A stretch of DNA of 62,269 bases, the filler included, from Diploschistes diacapsis (lineage: Eukaryota): the NCBI GenBank assembly GCA_023645945.1. It is 4 parts of 4 records of this genome, joined end to end, with 100 filler letters (N's around TTAATTAATTAA, not from the genome) between each part and the next. Parts side by side here need not be neighbours in the genome. Positions count along the whole stretch, not along the records: positions 1 to 15,538 come from JALAIB010000548.1; 3 more parts are not named here. One strand, written 5' to 3'. The position numbers and the translations under genes are program-made. The notes beneath the pieces were generated by a model. It saw only the letters and a list, made by a program, of their open reading frames with translations. It searched no databases and was not told the DNA's origin. Of this stretch, positions 1-13,290 are shown piece after piece; the stretch's first letter is position 1, and every line of letters starts with the position of its first letter.

Positions 1-875
1 CCCAAGACCCCCTCCACGGTCCCAGTGAAACAAACGAGCGCATCCTCTACCTAACCCCCAAAGTGCACGTCTACGCCAGCCCCCCTCTCTCCAGCAACAA
101 AGGCCACCAAGCTTCCACCTGGACCGCCCCTCCCTCCCGCGAGATCTTCACCGCCCGTCTGCGCATCCTCGAGTCCTCCAACCCCTCCTCCTCTGCCGCT
201 CCGATAAAAGTCTCCGTCCTCCTCGAAGACCCCTCAACAGGCGACCTCTTCGCCGCCGCGCCCTACGCCTCCTCCGCCGCCGTCGAAGCCGCCGTCGACT
301 CCTCGCGCTTCTTCGCCATCCGCGTCGAGGGCGAGGGCGGGCGGCGCGCGGTGCTGGGCCTCGGGTTCGAGGAGCGCAGCGAGGCGCTGGACTTTAGCAT
401 CGCGCTGCAGGAGGCGCGGAAGGTGCTGAGGTTCGACGGCGTGGGTCAGCCGGGGACGCCGCTGGGTAGTTTGCCGACAACGCCGAAGGGGGCGGCGGGT
501 GCGAGGGTGGCTAGCGGGAAGGTGCATGGAGGGGCTGGTGCCAAGGCTGGGCCTGAGGGAGGTGTGGGGCTGAGGAAAAAGGATTGGAGCTTGAAGGAGG
601 GGGAGATCTTGCATGTTGATATTGGAGGGAGGAAGGGCAAAGTCAAGGGGGAAGGTGGTGGTGAGGAGACCGGGCTGAGGAAGGGAATAGAGCCGTCTAA
701 TGGAGGCGGGCTGTTGTCTGCGACGGGCACGGAGCTCGGGTTGTTGCCGCCGCCGCCGAGCGCCAAGGAGGTGAGGGAGGAAAAGAGGAGTAGCAGAGAT
801 ATTGAAGCGGACGAGGCGAGGAAAAAGCTGGAGGAGTTGGGGTTCGATGATGGCGAGTTTGGGGAGTTTCAATAA
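1..875 (+). CDS. Adaptin ear-binding coat-associated (NECAP-like, DUF1681) protein, 5'-partial
   Basis: Frame open from the window start. Motifs LFAAAPY..VEAAVDSSRFFAIRV..GRRAVLGLGFEERSEALDF, LKEGE, LLPPPP and C-terminal GFDDGEFGEFQ. Confidence 0.85.
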   Translation, partial: QDPLHGPSETNERILYLTPKVHVYASPPLSSNKGHQASTWTAPPSREIFTARLRILESSNPSSSAAPIKVSVLLEDPSTGDLFAAAPYASSAAVEAAVDSSRFFAIRVEGEGGRRAVLGLGFEERSEALDFSIALQEARKVLRFDGVGQPGTPLGSLPTTPKGAAGARVASGKVHGGAGAKAGPEGGVGLRKKDWSLKEGEILHVDIGGRKGKVKGEGGGEETGLRKGIEPSNGGGLLSATGTELGLLPPPPSAKEVREEKRSSRDIEADEARKKLEELGFDDGEFGEFQ

Positions 876-1005
876 CAGTGTGGGGAGCGTTGGCGTCTGA
901 TTTAGCGCGTACATAAATGGAAATTTACATTACGCAATAATCATGAACTCGAATGTGCGTGTCGATTCACAGACGTCATCCGCTCGGACAACGGCAAAGC
1001 AGCTG

Positions 1006-1742
1006 TCAAGGGAGCCCTTCGCCCTTTCTGCCGAGGCGACGTTCCTCGGGCTCGAAGTTGAATTTCGATCGTAACCGACGTCTAGTTGCAGCCGGTCCCC
1101 CAGCCTCCGCCTCCGCCTCCGCCTCCTCATTCTCCTTCTCTTCCTCCTTCCCCTTCCCCTTCCTCTTCACCAACCCACCCTCCTCCCTCGTCTTCTCCCG
1201 CATCTTCTCCGCCTCTTCCGCCTCTTCTCTCTTAGCATCTTGTTCTGTCTTTCTCTCCGGCCGCCGCTTCATGCTGTCGGCTGCCTCGCGCTCCCTTATC
1301 TTCGCAGTGACACGCAAGGTGACCTCGTCATCGAAGAGTGGAGGCGGGCCATACCGTGCGCGAAAACGCGGATCTTGAGGCGCATGCACACGGCCACGGA
1401 GCGGGGCGTGGGAGAAGGGGTCACTGAGCGCTAACAAAGACGCGAGGAGAACGAATGGCAAGTCCAGAGCCGCTTGCGGAGTGTCAGTAGGGATATCGAG
1501 GTCTCCGTTGGCAGGGAAGAGAGCGTAATGCTTACGAGGCGCCTGAGCCAGGTAATGAACATGAAGATCGCTAAACCTACGCTTATGGCCTGTCGGAACG
1601 GTAAATAGGGGTGTGAAGCCCTCTCGAACCTAGTGTTCAACTTACGAAGTCGAATCTCGGCCCTTCCAGACGTGCCTTGCCCCTCCGTCTCCTTTTCATT
1701 GAAGGCCGGGATTAAACTCGGGATTCGAAAGTAATTTGACAT
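1006..1742 (-). CDS. Hypothetical protein (hydrophobic segment plus charged tail); exon structure unresolved
   Basis: Two overlapping ORFs (1431-1742, 1006-1461). A GTAAGC..CTGAC..AAG intron at 1535-1473 does not join the frames. Confidence 0.3.
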
Positions 1743-1958
1743 GACTGAAGGTCTAGCGACCTAAGGAGTTCTTAAAAGCAAGAGAACGAGTGAATATGAA
1801 AGGTAAGCCAATTCACTACAACTGCGACGCAGGGTGCAGGGTCTCCTCTAAGAGATGAGAGCTGAATTGAAAAATCGATTGGGTAGAGGCTATGATGTGT
1901 TCGAGGCGCACGGGGTGGGACTATATTACAAGAACCCGGAGCAGATCGCTAATATGAT

Positions 1959-2857
1959 TCAACCGATCACCACCTTACCGTCTTCAGGGAAGTCGTACTC
2001 CGGAACTTCCAAGTTAAGCGGGGCAGGTCCTCTCCTTACGCGGCCAGAGATGTCGTAGTGAGAACCGTGACAAGGACAGAACCATCCACCGTAGTCTCCA
2101 GCTTCACCTATTGGGACGCATCCAAGATGGGTGCAAACGCCTGCATGCCTCGATCAGTTAAAGTCGCCCTGAACCTTTTGGGCCGAGTTCACAGACCAAG
2201 CATGATAAGCCACTCAGGCTTTTTTACACGGTCCGAATCTGGTTGAGGATCCCGTAGTGATTCCCACTTTTCGCTCTCTGCTTGTTTGATCTCGTCCTCC
2301 GTCCTATGTCGAATGAAGACGGGCTTGCCCCGCCATTTGATGATAATCTATGTCGTGTCAGCAATTGTTTGACATTTCCAAGATGCCTTGCAGCATACGT
2401 TTTTCCCTTCCGCCACTTGAGCTAGCTCGATCTCAACCTTTGCCTGGGCCAACACATCCGCAGATGCCGACATGTTCACGAGAAAGTCTACCGGGCAATA
2501 GGTTAGTAACCTTGTATCAATGAAGGTCCCGCCACGACACAATTGCTCTCCATTCCCCGATGATTCTGACGCACCTTGTACTGTTGATTTTGCGCCTGCT
2601 GCCGCAAGAGCTCCGAAAGACCCAGCCATGAAGTATTGGAACATCTTATTCGATATCTCGCCCCTGTTGCTCTTGTATCCACCAAAGCTTGGAATCTTGT
2701 TGACGTCTACCTTGCTGAACGGACTGTCAAAGGCGGCAGGTCTTGCATCTGCTCTGCCACGCTGTTGGACCGCGACCGATGAAGCTGTGAGAGCCGGGAG
2801 TCTTTGTCGGGCGCATGTCCGCAATGCGGTACACGTCGATATAGGTAGAGGTGCCAT
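1959..2857 (-). CDS. RIP1: Cytochrome bc1 Rieske iron-sulfur subunit, mitochondrial (2 introns)
   Basis: Presequence, [26 protein letters not shown], and CTHLGC and CPCHGS 2Fe-2S motifs. Ends PEDGKVVIG*. Confidence 0.97.
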
Positions 2858-3396
2858 AATGTCGAGATGAAAACAGTGGAGAAGGAGTGAAGTGAAGGGG
2901 TGTGAATAACCTGAATGTTTTCTAGGTCAAGCTGGTCGTTGGTCGTCAGTGACCGTGCCAAGAACCTACAAATCCCATTGGGAGAACTTGATTGGCTTGG
3001 AAAGGCTGGCTGGAATAAAGACGGGCCGACCGTCAGTCTAGCAGTCGTGATATAGATCTAGAGATCTGCATCACGGCCCTCGACATCAAGCAGTCATCAA
3101 TCTATCGAACATACCGAGGCTCTAACTGGGTGGCTTGTTACAATTCGAATGGGATCTTCCATACCTTCCTGCTGCTTCTCGCTCTTTTGCTTTAGTTTAT
3201 AGATACAAGTGGACCATTCACTACGCGCTAACAGATTCACTATGTTCATATGTAATATATAAGCTGGTTTTGAGAAATAACAACCAGGAGAAAATTGATT
3301 CAGGGTTTAAGAATAACTGGCGACACTAAACACAGGAAACCTCTGTCCTATGGTCGCATTATCCAAAGCTAAGATATACCGCTTAAACTCTGTCTT

Positions 3397-4123
3397 TCAT
3401 GTCATCTCTGAATCGTCCTGGCTTTCTTCCCTATTAGTCCCGTTAGGTTCGTAATGCTGGAAGACCAGATCATGTGAGCTGCTAGGTCTCGAACCATTGA
3501 TGGCCTGCGGGGAAGTTGAAGCATTCGAAAGTATTGAGGCATCATTCGGAACACCAGGTGCGGGCCTTTTCCCGTCTATAGTCGTTTGACCCAGAGGCAG
3601 ACGCTCCGTCCTCAAAGAAGAACCTGCTCCTCGAGCTTTCTTAGCCTTGTAGTTACGCCAAGTTGTCGTTTGTGGAACAAGGTCACTGAGGAATTCAAGA
3701 TTATCCGTCCGTGTCACAATATTTGCTAGGTATATCAGTAAACTTTCCCCGGACGGAGATCTCAAGATTCAGACCAATGTCCCTGTACATTAAGCTCTTC
3801 TTTGTCCTTGTTTCCGCTTTGCCGGCAGTAAACGCTTTCTCTGCTAAATGTCTAATGAATATTTCCTGTGGATGTAAGTATGGCAAGCACCAACCAACGT
3901 TATCCTCGAGGGATAACCATACTGTTGCCTTCGTAATCAAAAAGCTTGATTGCGCGGACACAGACCCGATGTCGTCATCCTGAGCTATGGTCTTCTTGAC
4001 ACGCGCCACTGGAAGGACACTTTAGAGTCTGGTGTATCAGAGCGTAGATGAGAGCATACACGGTAGAAGGAGAGATCCCGTTACCTCATCAGAGGAAGAT
4101 GATCTGTCTGCTTCGCCAGACAT
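3397..4123 (-). CDS. Histone-fold (CBFD/NF-Y-like) protein, DNA polymerase epsilon Dpb3/Dls1-like (3 introns)
   Basis: LP/VARVKKTIAQDDDI..FLITKAT/EIFIRHLA..YRDI/ANIVTRTDNLEFLSDLVP histone-fold pattern. Confidence 0.8.
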
Positions 4124-4957
4124 GGTATAAGAATCCTTCGCTGTCGGCTCCTGCACGATTGTAAGGCTCCTAGCGTAGCTAGACGCGTATCTCCTGCGGA
4201 AGTTCCAGACTAAGGCGCTAGATAAGTCGTAGAAGAGGAGATGTGCAAAGCAGTCGGGGCTCCTTTGAGATACTGTGACGTGAACGCTAATGTTTGAGAT
4301 GGACTAGTAATAATCTCGTGGGGAAATCAGAGATAGAAGAACCGAAAGGCATCTCAAGCACCCCCGTGCGGTTGCGGTAACGGTTGTACGTTCCTTAGGC
4401 GCCTGACCTGCCGATTGAAAACCCATCATTCACAGCCATTTCTGGTGTTGACCAACGCTACCTCGGTAAGTATTGTACTTCATTAACAAACCTAGAAGCC
4501 CTTTCGTGGAAATCGGATGTGAATTACTCGGTGTTGTTACGGCTGAGGTGATAGATACACCAAGACCCTTGGCAAACTCTACAGAATACGCCTGAAACCC
4601 CTGTTTCTGGGAAAGCTCTAATCTTAAGGGCATTTCGTGAGTCTGCCCTGTCATTTGTTCTGACATTCAACCACCTAGAAACTACATGTACCCATTATTA
4701 CCTATAAAGGAGTGTGCCATGTTCAGAAAGAACCTTGAATGGGAACTTGGAAGTTGAGGGAATATGGCTTAGTCAGCTCCTCAAGCGAAATCTTGGCAGA
4801 AATAGAGCATGGGTATCTACAGGCAAATAATCCTATCAACTGCAGCGCCAGCAACCTTCACCTTGAATGCCGTGCGGCATTGACTATCGTCACGATCATA
4901 CACCCTTGACTGAATAAACTTCAAGCTCTCGAGGATGACGTCGAGGCTCCGCTTGTT

Positions 4958-7852
4958 ATGAGCTCTGCAGCAACCAGACGTCCTCGTCCGTCACGGTTGC
5001 CTTCGGGACGTCCTTCGTCCAGCCTCGAAGATGAAGAATCCGGGCAGAATGGAGATACGGCAAGGATCCCTTCTGACCAGCGATTCACAGAGGAAATCGA
5101 GGAGATCAAGAGATATGAGGATTTCACGACGATAGACTGGGTGCAAGACGCGGCGAGGGAACAGGTGCGGCGTAGCATAAGAAAAAAGGAGAACTTCGAG
5201 CTGAAGAGGAGGAGCGGATTCTGGAATGTCAAGCAGAAGATCTGGGAGCTTTACGATGCGGGAGAAGCTTGGATAGTCGTTACGCTTGTCGGAATCGCAA
5301 TTGGCGTCAATGCTGCCGTTCTTAACATTGTGACGGAGTGGATGTCGGACATAAAGCTAGGATACTGTGAAACAGCTTTTTATCTCAACCGAAATTTCTG
5401 CTGCTGGGGCGTCGATAACCCGGAAGATGGTTGGCCAAAACTCCCTCGACAAGAGTATCAATGAGTCTGACAAGTCTAGGCTGTCCAGAATGGCATGCAT
5501 GGAGTGGGATATACCCGGTGAACTGGCTTTTGTACTCCCTTTTTGCCGTATGTGCTTGTTATGGCTTGATTGCAAAGAGACTCACAATTTCAAGGCTCTC
5601 TTCGCTTTCACCTCGGCCTCGTTAGTTAAAGCATTCGCTCCTTATGCTGCTGGGTCTGGGATTTCTGAGATCAAGTGTATCATTGCGGGCTTCGTCATGA
5701 AAGGGTTTCTCGGTTTCTGGACGCTACTTATCAAGTCCATCGCTCTGCCTCTAGCAATTGCCTCGGGCCTATCGGTGGGAAAAGAAGGTCCGAGCGTCCA
5801 TTATGCCGTCTGCACTGGCAATGTAATATCGCGGCTCTTTACGAAGTATAAGCGGAATGCGGCGAAGACTCGTGAAATTCTGAGCGCCTGTGCTGCAGCT
5901 GGTGTTGCAGTTGCATTTGGTAGTCCAGTTGGTGGTGTTCTTTTCTCCCTGGAGGTGCGTCAATAGTTCAAGCCCAGGTGAACCTACTGAATATTCTAGG
6001 AAATGTCTTCATATTTCCCTTTGAAAACGATGTGGCGGAGTTATTTCTGCGCTCTGGTAGCGACAGCTGTTTTGGCTGTGAGTGACTCTGAGCGAAATGC
6101 AGCATGCAGGACTGATGAGCGTAGGGCATGAACCCCTTCAGGACCGGCCAGTTGGTTATGTTCACGGTCCATTATGACCGATCATGGCATTTGTTCGAAG
6201 TCCCTTTCTTCATTTTATTAGGGATTTTCGGTGGCTTGTATGGAGCATTTGTTATCAAATGGAACCTACGAGCCCAGTCGTTTCGGAAGAAATATCTAAC
6301 TAAATTTGCGGTTCCTGAAGCCGTCGTTTTGACAGTTTTGACCGCAATAGTCTGCTATCCCAACATGTTTCTCAGGATCGATATGACAGAGCTTATGGAA
6401 GCTCTGTTCCTCGAATGCGAGGGGGCTTATGATTTTCACGGACTATGCGAGTAAGTGATGCGACCCAAAAAGCATGATTAACGACTGAGCCGGACAGAAA
6501 CAACAATCGCTGGCATATGGTGATTTCCTTAGCGTGGACTACGGTCCTGCGAACACTTCTGGTCATTATATCTTACGGCTGCAAAGTCCCTGCGGGGATC
6601 TTCGTTCCTTCGATGGCAATAGGGGCATCGTTTGGTCGGATGGTTGGCATTTTGGTCCAGGCTCTACATGATACTTATCCTTTTTCTCCATTCTTTGCTG
6701 CCTGTGAGCCAGACGTTCCGTGCATCACTCCAGGAACATATGCCTTTTTAGGCGCTGGCGCAGCATTGAGTGGCATAATGCACATCACTGTCTCAGTTGT
6801 TGTGATCATGTTCGAGCTCACTGGTGCTCTAACCTACATCTTGCCCACCATGGTAAGGACAAGAGGTTCATGAGCATCACAGTCCGCTGACCCTTATCTA
6901 GATTGTAGTTGGCACTACCAAAGCAGTCTCAAGCTATTTTCCTGCCGGTGGGATTGCTGATCGTATGATTTATTTCAATGGTTTCCCTTTCCTTGACAAC
7001 AAAGAACAACACGCCTTTCACGTCTCTGTCTCCAAGACTATGACCCCTGCCTCTTCTCTCGCCCTTCTACCTGCTAGAGGTCTTAAGTTATCCGATCTCA
7101 CTGTTCTCCTCTCCGAAACCTCCTACTCAGGTTTCCCCGTAGTCTCCGATACTACCTCGCGCATTCTCCTTGGCTACATTGGCCGTACCGAGCTCGCTTA
7201 TGCGATTGCTAAAGCCAAATCCTCACAGCTCATCTCACCCGATGCCAGCTGCATATTTTCTTCCTCCCAGCAGACACCAGCTCAAACACCGGCGTCTTCA
7301 GTACCGCCCATCTCGTTCGATGATATTGCCTCGGCTTCAGGCACGCAAACGATCGACTTTTCTCGTTTTGCAGACACTACACCGCTGACGGTACATCCCC
7401 ATCTGCCGCTCGAAACAGCAATGGAGATCTTCAAGAAGATGGGTCCACGCATCATCCTCATCGAGCACAAGGGCCGCCTCGACGGCCTCGTCACCGTAAA
7501 GGACTGCCTCAAATATCAGTTCCAGGTTGAGGCGCATGAGCGCGGTGATGGCAATGGCGTGAATGGAACGCGTGCCGAAAGATTCGAGAAGTGGCTGTGG
7601 AGTTGCCTCGTTGTTGCAGGTACTTGGGTCGGCCAAAAGGTTGGGCGGGTAAGTGGAGGAAGGATCAGGTTGAACGCTGATAGTGGTAGCGGTGGCGATG
7701 CTAGCGCGGTCAACCACTCGAGCGAGGCTAGGGGACTATTGGTGGGAGACAGTAGGGATCCAAGGGATAGCCGGATGAGCATTCAGGGCGAGATCTTGGA
7801 AGGTACCGAGGGCGATCCGAATGATGAGGGGCAGGAATTACAGGAGAGGTAA
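4958..7852 (+). CDS. ClC-family chloride channel/antiporter with C-terminal CBS domains (multi-exon)
   Basis: [28 protein letters not shown] signatures and a CBS pair in 6965-7852. Confidence 0.97.
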
Positions 7853-8702
7853 TTGGATTCAAGTGATTAAGCATCGCATATAGAGGCTTGGAATGGATTT
7901 CTCAATCTTGAGTACTATTTGTTCCGATCGTTGGTGTCTTGACATCATTCCCTCTTAGACCCCAGCACTACCCGACGCATACCATACCGTACGTCCGTGA
8001 AGAAAGAATTTCAAGAGCTCTTCACTTTGGTCGACTCCAGGCATATCTGGCAGTTAACAGCTGATGCTGGAAGCCTCTCCAGTCAGGCATTACCACCACC
8101 CTCTTGATATCGGCGCCCCCTGCAACAGCTAAATAGCCAAGCAGGATTTCTTTCTTCATTCAGCCTTGGAGTCCTCTCTCGGTTCTTGCAGTTTTCGCAG
8201 TTCCCAAGCAGCATATAATTTATGCAAAAACTCTTATCTTTCGCGCTCAAGAGCATACCAAGGCCTGAGGAAAGGCCGAAAGCACTGCACTAGCTGGCAC
8301 GTTTTTTTGTGTCTCGAGTCTCTTTCGAACTTCTACTGGGGCATGGATAGATTCTCTGTCCGCAAAGGGTGGTTTTCAGGTCGACACTAGCGTTCCTAAC
8401 TCGCTGATGCAGAGCGCGGCTCATCCTGACGAGGAGCTCCTAATCCATGGCTGGTAATCTAGCTGGCGTTCCATCAGCGGTAGAGGACAACAAGACCAAG
8501 AGCGTAATTGAAGAGACTGGAAAGCCGCCAGTGAGCATGTCTCTGGCGTATGAATGTCTGTAGACCGCTGATGGTTTCGAAAAGACTGACCTACAAAACG
8601 GCGGCAAATCATTAGGACGGTAATGTTGGCTGTTATTAGACTTCTCGAGGAATCACGCATATTTGAACTCATAGTCATAACCAAACGATAGGTTTGTCCT
8701 TT

Positions 8703-10669
8703 TTACGTGTCATCCAGGCCCCAGAAGCCTTCGTCAGCCTGTGGGCTTGGCCACTTTGTGGCTTCTGCCGGAAACTGCGACTTCTCCGCGAAAGTCTTGA
8801 GGTTCCGAAGGGGTACGACAATATCACTATAAAACAACTTTATGCTTTCTGATCTTGCCCGAGGCAGCTTGGCTATCCCACTGAAGGCAGATCTGAACCG
8901 TCTCAGTAAAACGGAGGCCAGCGTTCCTATAGAGTTCATGGATATTGGCATAGACCTGTTCTCTGAGTCTCTCAGAGCTGGCTTTACCGTTCCCACCAAC
9001 CCCTAACAAGTTTTTCCAACAGCCGATCTGGTACAGGAAGAGTCCAAGATCAACGATAGAAGTGTCCAACGATAACTTAGTTCTTGTCATAGCTCCAAGA
9101 GTGCGAGTCGAAAATCTCTGTGGCGGCTTGCCAATACTAGCAAAATAATATATGTTTAGCAAGAGATCCTCGTTAGATACGATTTCCGCTAGCGAGGTAG
9201 AACTGGCTTCGGAGGCTGAGTCGAAAAACCTAGAATTTCGAGGATCCAGGCTTCCAATTTGGCTACTAAGCCCAGAGAAGTGCAAATGAGGCTTAACGAG
9301 CAATGCTGCCAAAGTTACCCTTGTTTTAGCGTCTGGCTTTGCTTCTCCAGCACCCAAGAGATCTTCGAGAGTCAACAGTTCCGTCCTTGGACTTGTATCC
9401 TTGAAGACTCGAAGTATCTCTGAAGCATTGTCTCGGGAAGTTATATCAGCAACATGTTCAAAAGGATCACAGAGTTGTGGTAGAGTGGAAGGACGGACGT
9501 TCTGAGTTTCCGCCAAGAGAAGATATGATTCTTTTGCCTGATTCTCCCTGACCGGCCTGGCCTGTAAAAGGTGTACGTTCGAATCAGCCTGCAGTGGCAA
9601 GTCCAGAAAGTTGCTAGAGATCGACTCCTTTGTAATTGAATGGTCAAAGGCGATATGAACTCCATATTCAAACGTCTCGGGCAATGTGGATTTCAAGCTA
9701 AGTCTCCTCGTGCAGGCAAATCAAGCTATGGACACATTTCAAGTCATCCACTAGTATACTAGTCTGAGAGACGATTGTTGTTTGCAATGCATGCCGTTCC
9801 GATTGTAGTCTACGATCAATGATTCGGGGGACACGGCTTCTGAGAAGACTTCGACCAAGTCATTGATCCTCGTTAGGTTCTGAATGGCGTTTCTGTACGT
9901 CTCTCGGTCCTTTGCTACCCAAACGGCCCTGTACATGAAGGGCGTTGAGCGTTGAAAATCTTCAGCTGTTTCCCGTTGCACACTTGCGACTCGATACAAC
10001 AAGCGGGGAGGCTCTGTATCGACTTCCTCAAGGCTTGTGCCATTGTCATTTCTGGAAATAGGGGAAGTTGGTGCACTAGGTAATGATGAGGAAGTCTCTA
10101 GCGTGCTTCTGGAAAGATCAAACACTGATGGAGCTTGCGATTTGGGGAAAAATATGATTGTTTGTCGCTCTTAGTAGTTGACGACAGTGATGATGATGCG
10201 CTCGGATTTTGCCCGCGGAATAACTTTTGAAAAGAAAATCTTGAACGTTTCTGAATCATGGTTGGTCTGTCTAGAGTTATGGGGCCGAGTAAGTCGCGGG
10301 CTTTAGACCCTGTTGTTCTCTGTGGTCAGCAAGTTGTATCTCTGTGATCGACATATATCAACCTTGTATTCGGGCAGTGACATATTTCTCTCGCAGAAGT
10401 GCGCATTTGGCGAAGTCTGCTTCCATCGAAGCCAACTCTTCAACGATCGTACTCACTATCCGGTCGTTTTTAATTGGTACTTCGTCCAGAGGCCATTGCG
10501 ACCACTCCTCCACCCTTGCTTTCTGACCCTCTAATCGACGCGTCCATTGAACGAAGTCAGAGCCAAAGGCGCGGTTAAGTCTTTGCATACCATACGCTCG
10601 TTTGACAGATTTAATTGCAGGCTCGATGAAAGCAAGCGTGACCACGGTCAAACTCAGGGGATCCGTCAT
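8703..10669 (-). pseudogene. HeLo/HeLo-like N-terminal domain plus degenerate kinase-like C-lobe; frameshifted
   Basis: N-terminal MTDPLSLTVV..FGSDF..LEGQKARVEEW; RAVWVAKDRETYRNAIQNLTRINDLVE; DLGLFLYQIGCW..GLRFTETVQICL..FYSDIVVPL. Split across frames near 10150, 9750 and 8860. Confidence 0.55.
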
Positions 10670-11072
10670 GGTTCATAAAACAGTGGTATCCGCAAGCTAT
10701 ACAAGAAGGGGGTGCATTAATCTATCTAGCATCCACATCTAAATACTGGAGCTTGCTTTCACTGCCGCCTTTCCCTTTCTCCCACTGGGATACCGCCTCT
10801 TCAAGCCGGCTTGTTCCACTGTGGGAGGGTGGGATCTCGTCTTCGCGCCGATATTCGTAGCCAAGGCATTTATGAGTATGCCTTACTTGAAGTTACACTT
10901 CCGTTCAGACTTCATCGTTAGCCATCTGCCTATCTATCCAAAAGGCAAAGATAAAGATTTGCTGCAACAGCTGGAGCAGCTGCAGCTCTCTGATCAGCAC
11001 GTACAGCCATGTCATTTTCGAGCGAAGCAGACTTTTCTGAGGATACAAGAGATCTTTCGCTTCTTGACTTCA

Positions 11073-12858
11073 ATGCATAGAATTTGCCTAGGCTTCAATT
11101 GCTGTACTTAGCATGTTATAACGGGTTTAATGCGGTTATTCGACTTTCGCCAGGGTATCATCGAAAGCAAGCAACTGAAATATCATTTCGCTTTAGACTC
11201 TGGGAGTTCGACTTATTTTCCCATCCAATTCATCTTGATAAGCTATCGGAGAGCCATGGCTTTTTGAGGCGCCATTTATTGGGTGTGCTGGCTGACACGG
11301 CAGCAATCCTTGAGGCGTTCCTCGGTGCGCTCGCAGAGGTTCGACGACATGCTGTGGAAGCAAAGGCTGATAGTGCTGATATTGAGCTTCGGAGGTTCAG
11401 GATCGCTTTGGGTCAAAACGACGTATCCTCCATGTTACGACGAAGCTGTTGAATACCTATATGAATTCCCTTCGTATTGGCCGTTGGAGAGCTTGGATAA
11501 TTTAGCTGGCCTCGTCGACTGTTTGTATGAGACGCTTCTTGATGTCTCTGTCGCTTTTAAATTGGATCATGCCATACAGTGTTCGACTTTGCTACGACAA
11601 GAAAGGGTCATGCCTGTGGTAACGAAGAACCTGGATGACGTGCAGAGACCTCCAAAGCCTATTTACCGAACAAATAATAGGTGCCTCAGTATGCCGGCTG
11701 CTTTCAGTCGTATGACCTTGTCACTAACGTTTTGAAGACTGCCGCCGACACAAAATCAGATGTGACGGAGAAGGGCCCAGTTGCAACATCTACCTCGCTA
11801 GTGGGGAGCTCTGTAATGGCTATGTTCTAGAGAAGGATTTCAAAGGTCTATTGCTCGTGGACTAACCGCCTTGGTCTCCCCTGATACCGGGTACTCAAAT
11901 ACCGGGAACAGGAAGTAGCGGAATGCGGGCTATCGTTGACCCTACGCTCAGCGTTGTGCGAAACTGAGCGTCGGAGAGCGAGCAGCGATACAGCAGGACC
12001 ATGACTTCTACTTCAGGTTACACTGCCACAGATGGCGAGACTGATATCACCGAGTGGGATTCGAAGTTTTCCGAGCCCGGCGAGCAGCACAATGCACGGT
12101 TACCTTCAAGCCGAAGTTCTCAATACATCCCTTGCAAAATCTCACCCAACATTGCAGCTGCAGCACTACGGTTCGCGACTTCCGAGACACGATCGAAAAG
12201 CAGTCGTTGAGATGTCTAGAGCGTCGCTTTGCATGGTACAAAATCCTCAAATTTGGCTTACACTATATCAAATAGGAGGATAGTATTAGCATTGAAGCTG
12301 ATCAAGTAGCGCGGACACCACCACAAGCAGCGGATTGTGAAGGATCGACATTGCCAGGCAAATAGTGAGCAACGTACCAACTGCCCTCATATGGATGTGC
12401 TGATATCACTCTGTCGTCAAAAGCCGTCTCGCTAATCGGCTTTTATGTCTTGACGATCCCAAAGATACGATGAGGCCTCCTAGCGCTTCTTGTATCCTTG
12501 GAAGAATCACTTCTCGTGCTCGGGGAAGCGTTTCGGGTGGGACCTCACGGCCACATATATAATAGGTTGCCTCGATGCTTGGATGTCTGCATTCCCGTCA
12601 TCCCCCATTCATCGTTGTTTACTTCGCAGCATTTGTGAACTTTGCATACTTGATTTCCGAACGGAGATGGGTTCCATCTGTCCGTCAGGTACACATACGG
12701 TCAAGGCGCGCAAAGACGTTCACGCTGAAATGCGGCTCATCGACCATGGATGCCAGTTAGGATCTGCAGGGAAGGAGTATGATTTACTTATAGCCCACAC
12801 CGTTTGTGGACCAATGGGGATTTTTCAACATACAAAGTCCCACTCGAAGAGCCAGTGA
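11073..12858 (+). pseudogene. Decayed hypothetical gene with fungal N-terminal helical domain
   Basis: ACYNGF..RFRLW..LDKL..LRRHLLGVL resembles the common fungal RFxLW..SLD.RL N-terminal domain. Broken into several frames. Confidence 0.3.
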
Positions 12859-13290
12859 GATTCAAAACCCACAATGAGAAATCTGCGTGGCCGTTGCACG
12901 CCCAACTGCAAGCATTCAATGCTACGGGGTGGGGATACGGGGACGCTGTGCACACCGACATATAAGCACCAAGAGCAAGAATCACACGGCTCTCCAATAG
13001 AGTCTGGGGTTTTTAATCGTCAAGTGAGTTAGCAAAAGTTGTCTCGATTTGTACTTTGGGCGAGCGGGGACGCCGGGAGTACCTCAAAAACGCTCAGTCA
13101 TTGAATTGTTAGATCCAACTCTTGAGATTATAAAAGGTATTGTAGCCGCACAAGCTACTTGATATGACTTGGGGGTTTATAAAAAAATGACCAGGAAACT
13201 GCTTTGGCTGCCTTGGTTTGCCCATATAAAATCTATCGGACGCCTAAGTAGAGTTCAAACTGTCTTTGTCCAGACTCTCTCACCTTGAAT

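Noticed and set aside
234..914. Long antisense and alternate-frame ORFs over GC-rich genes (here and throughout)
   Set aside because: Shadow ORFs of well-supported genes.
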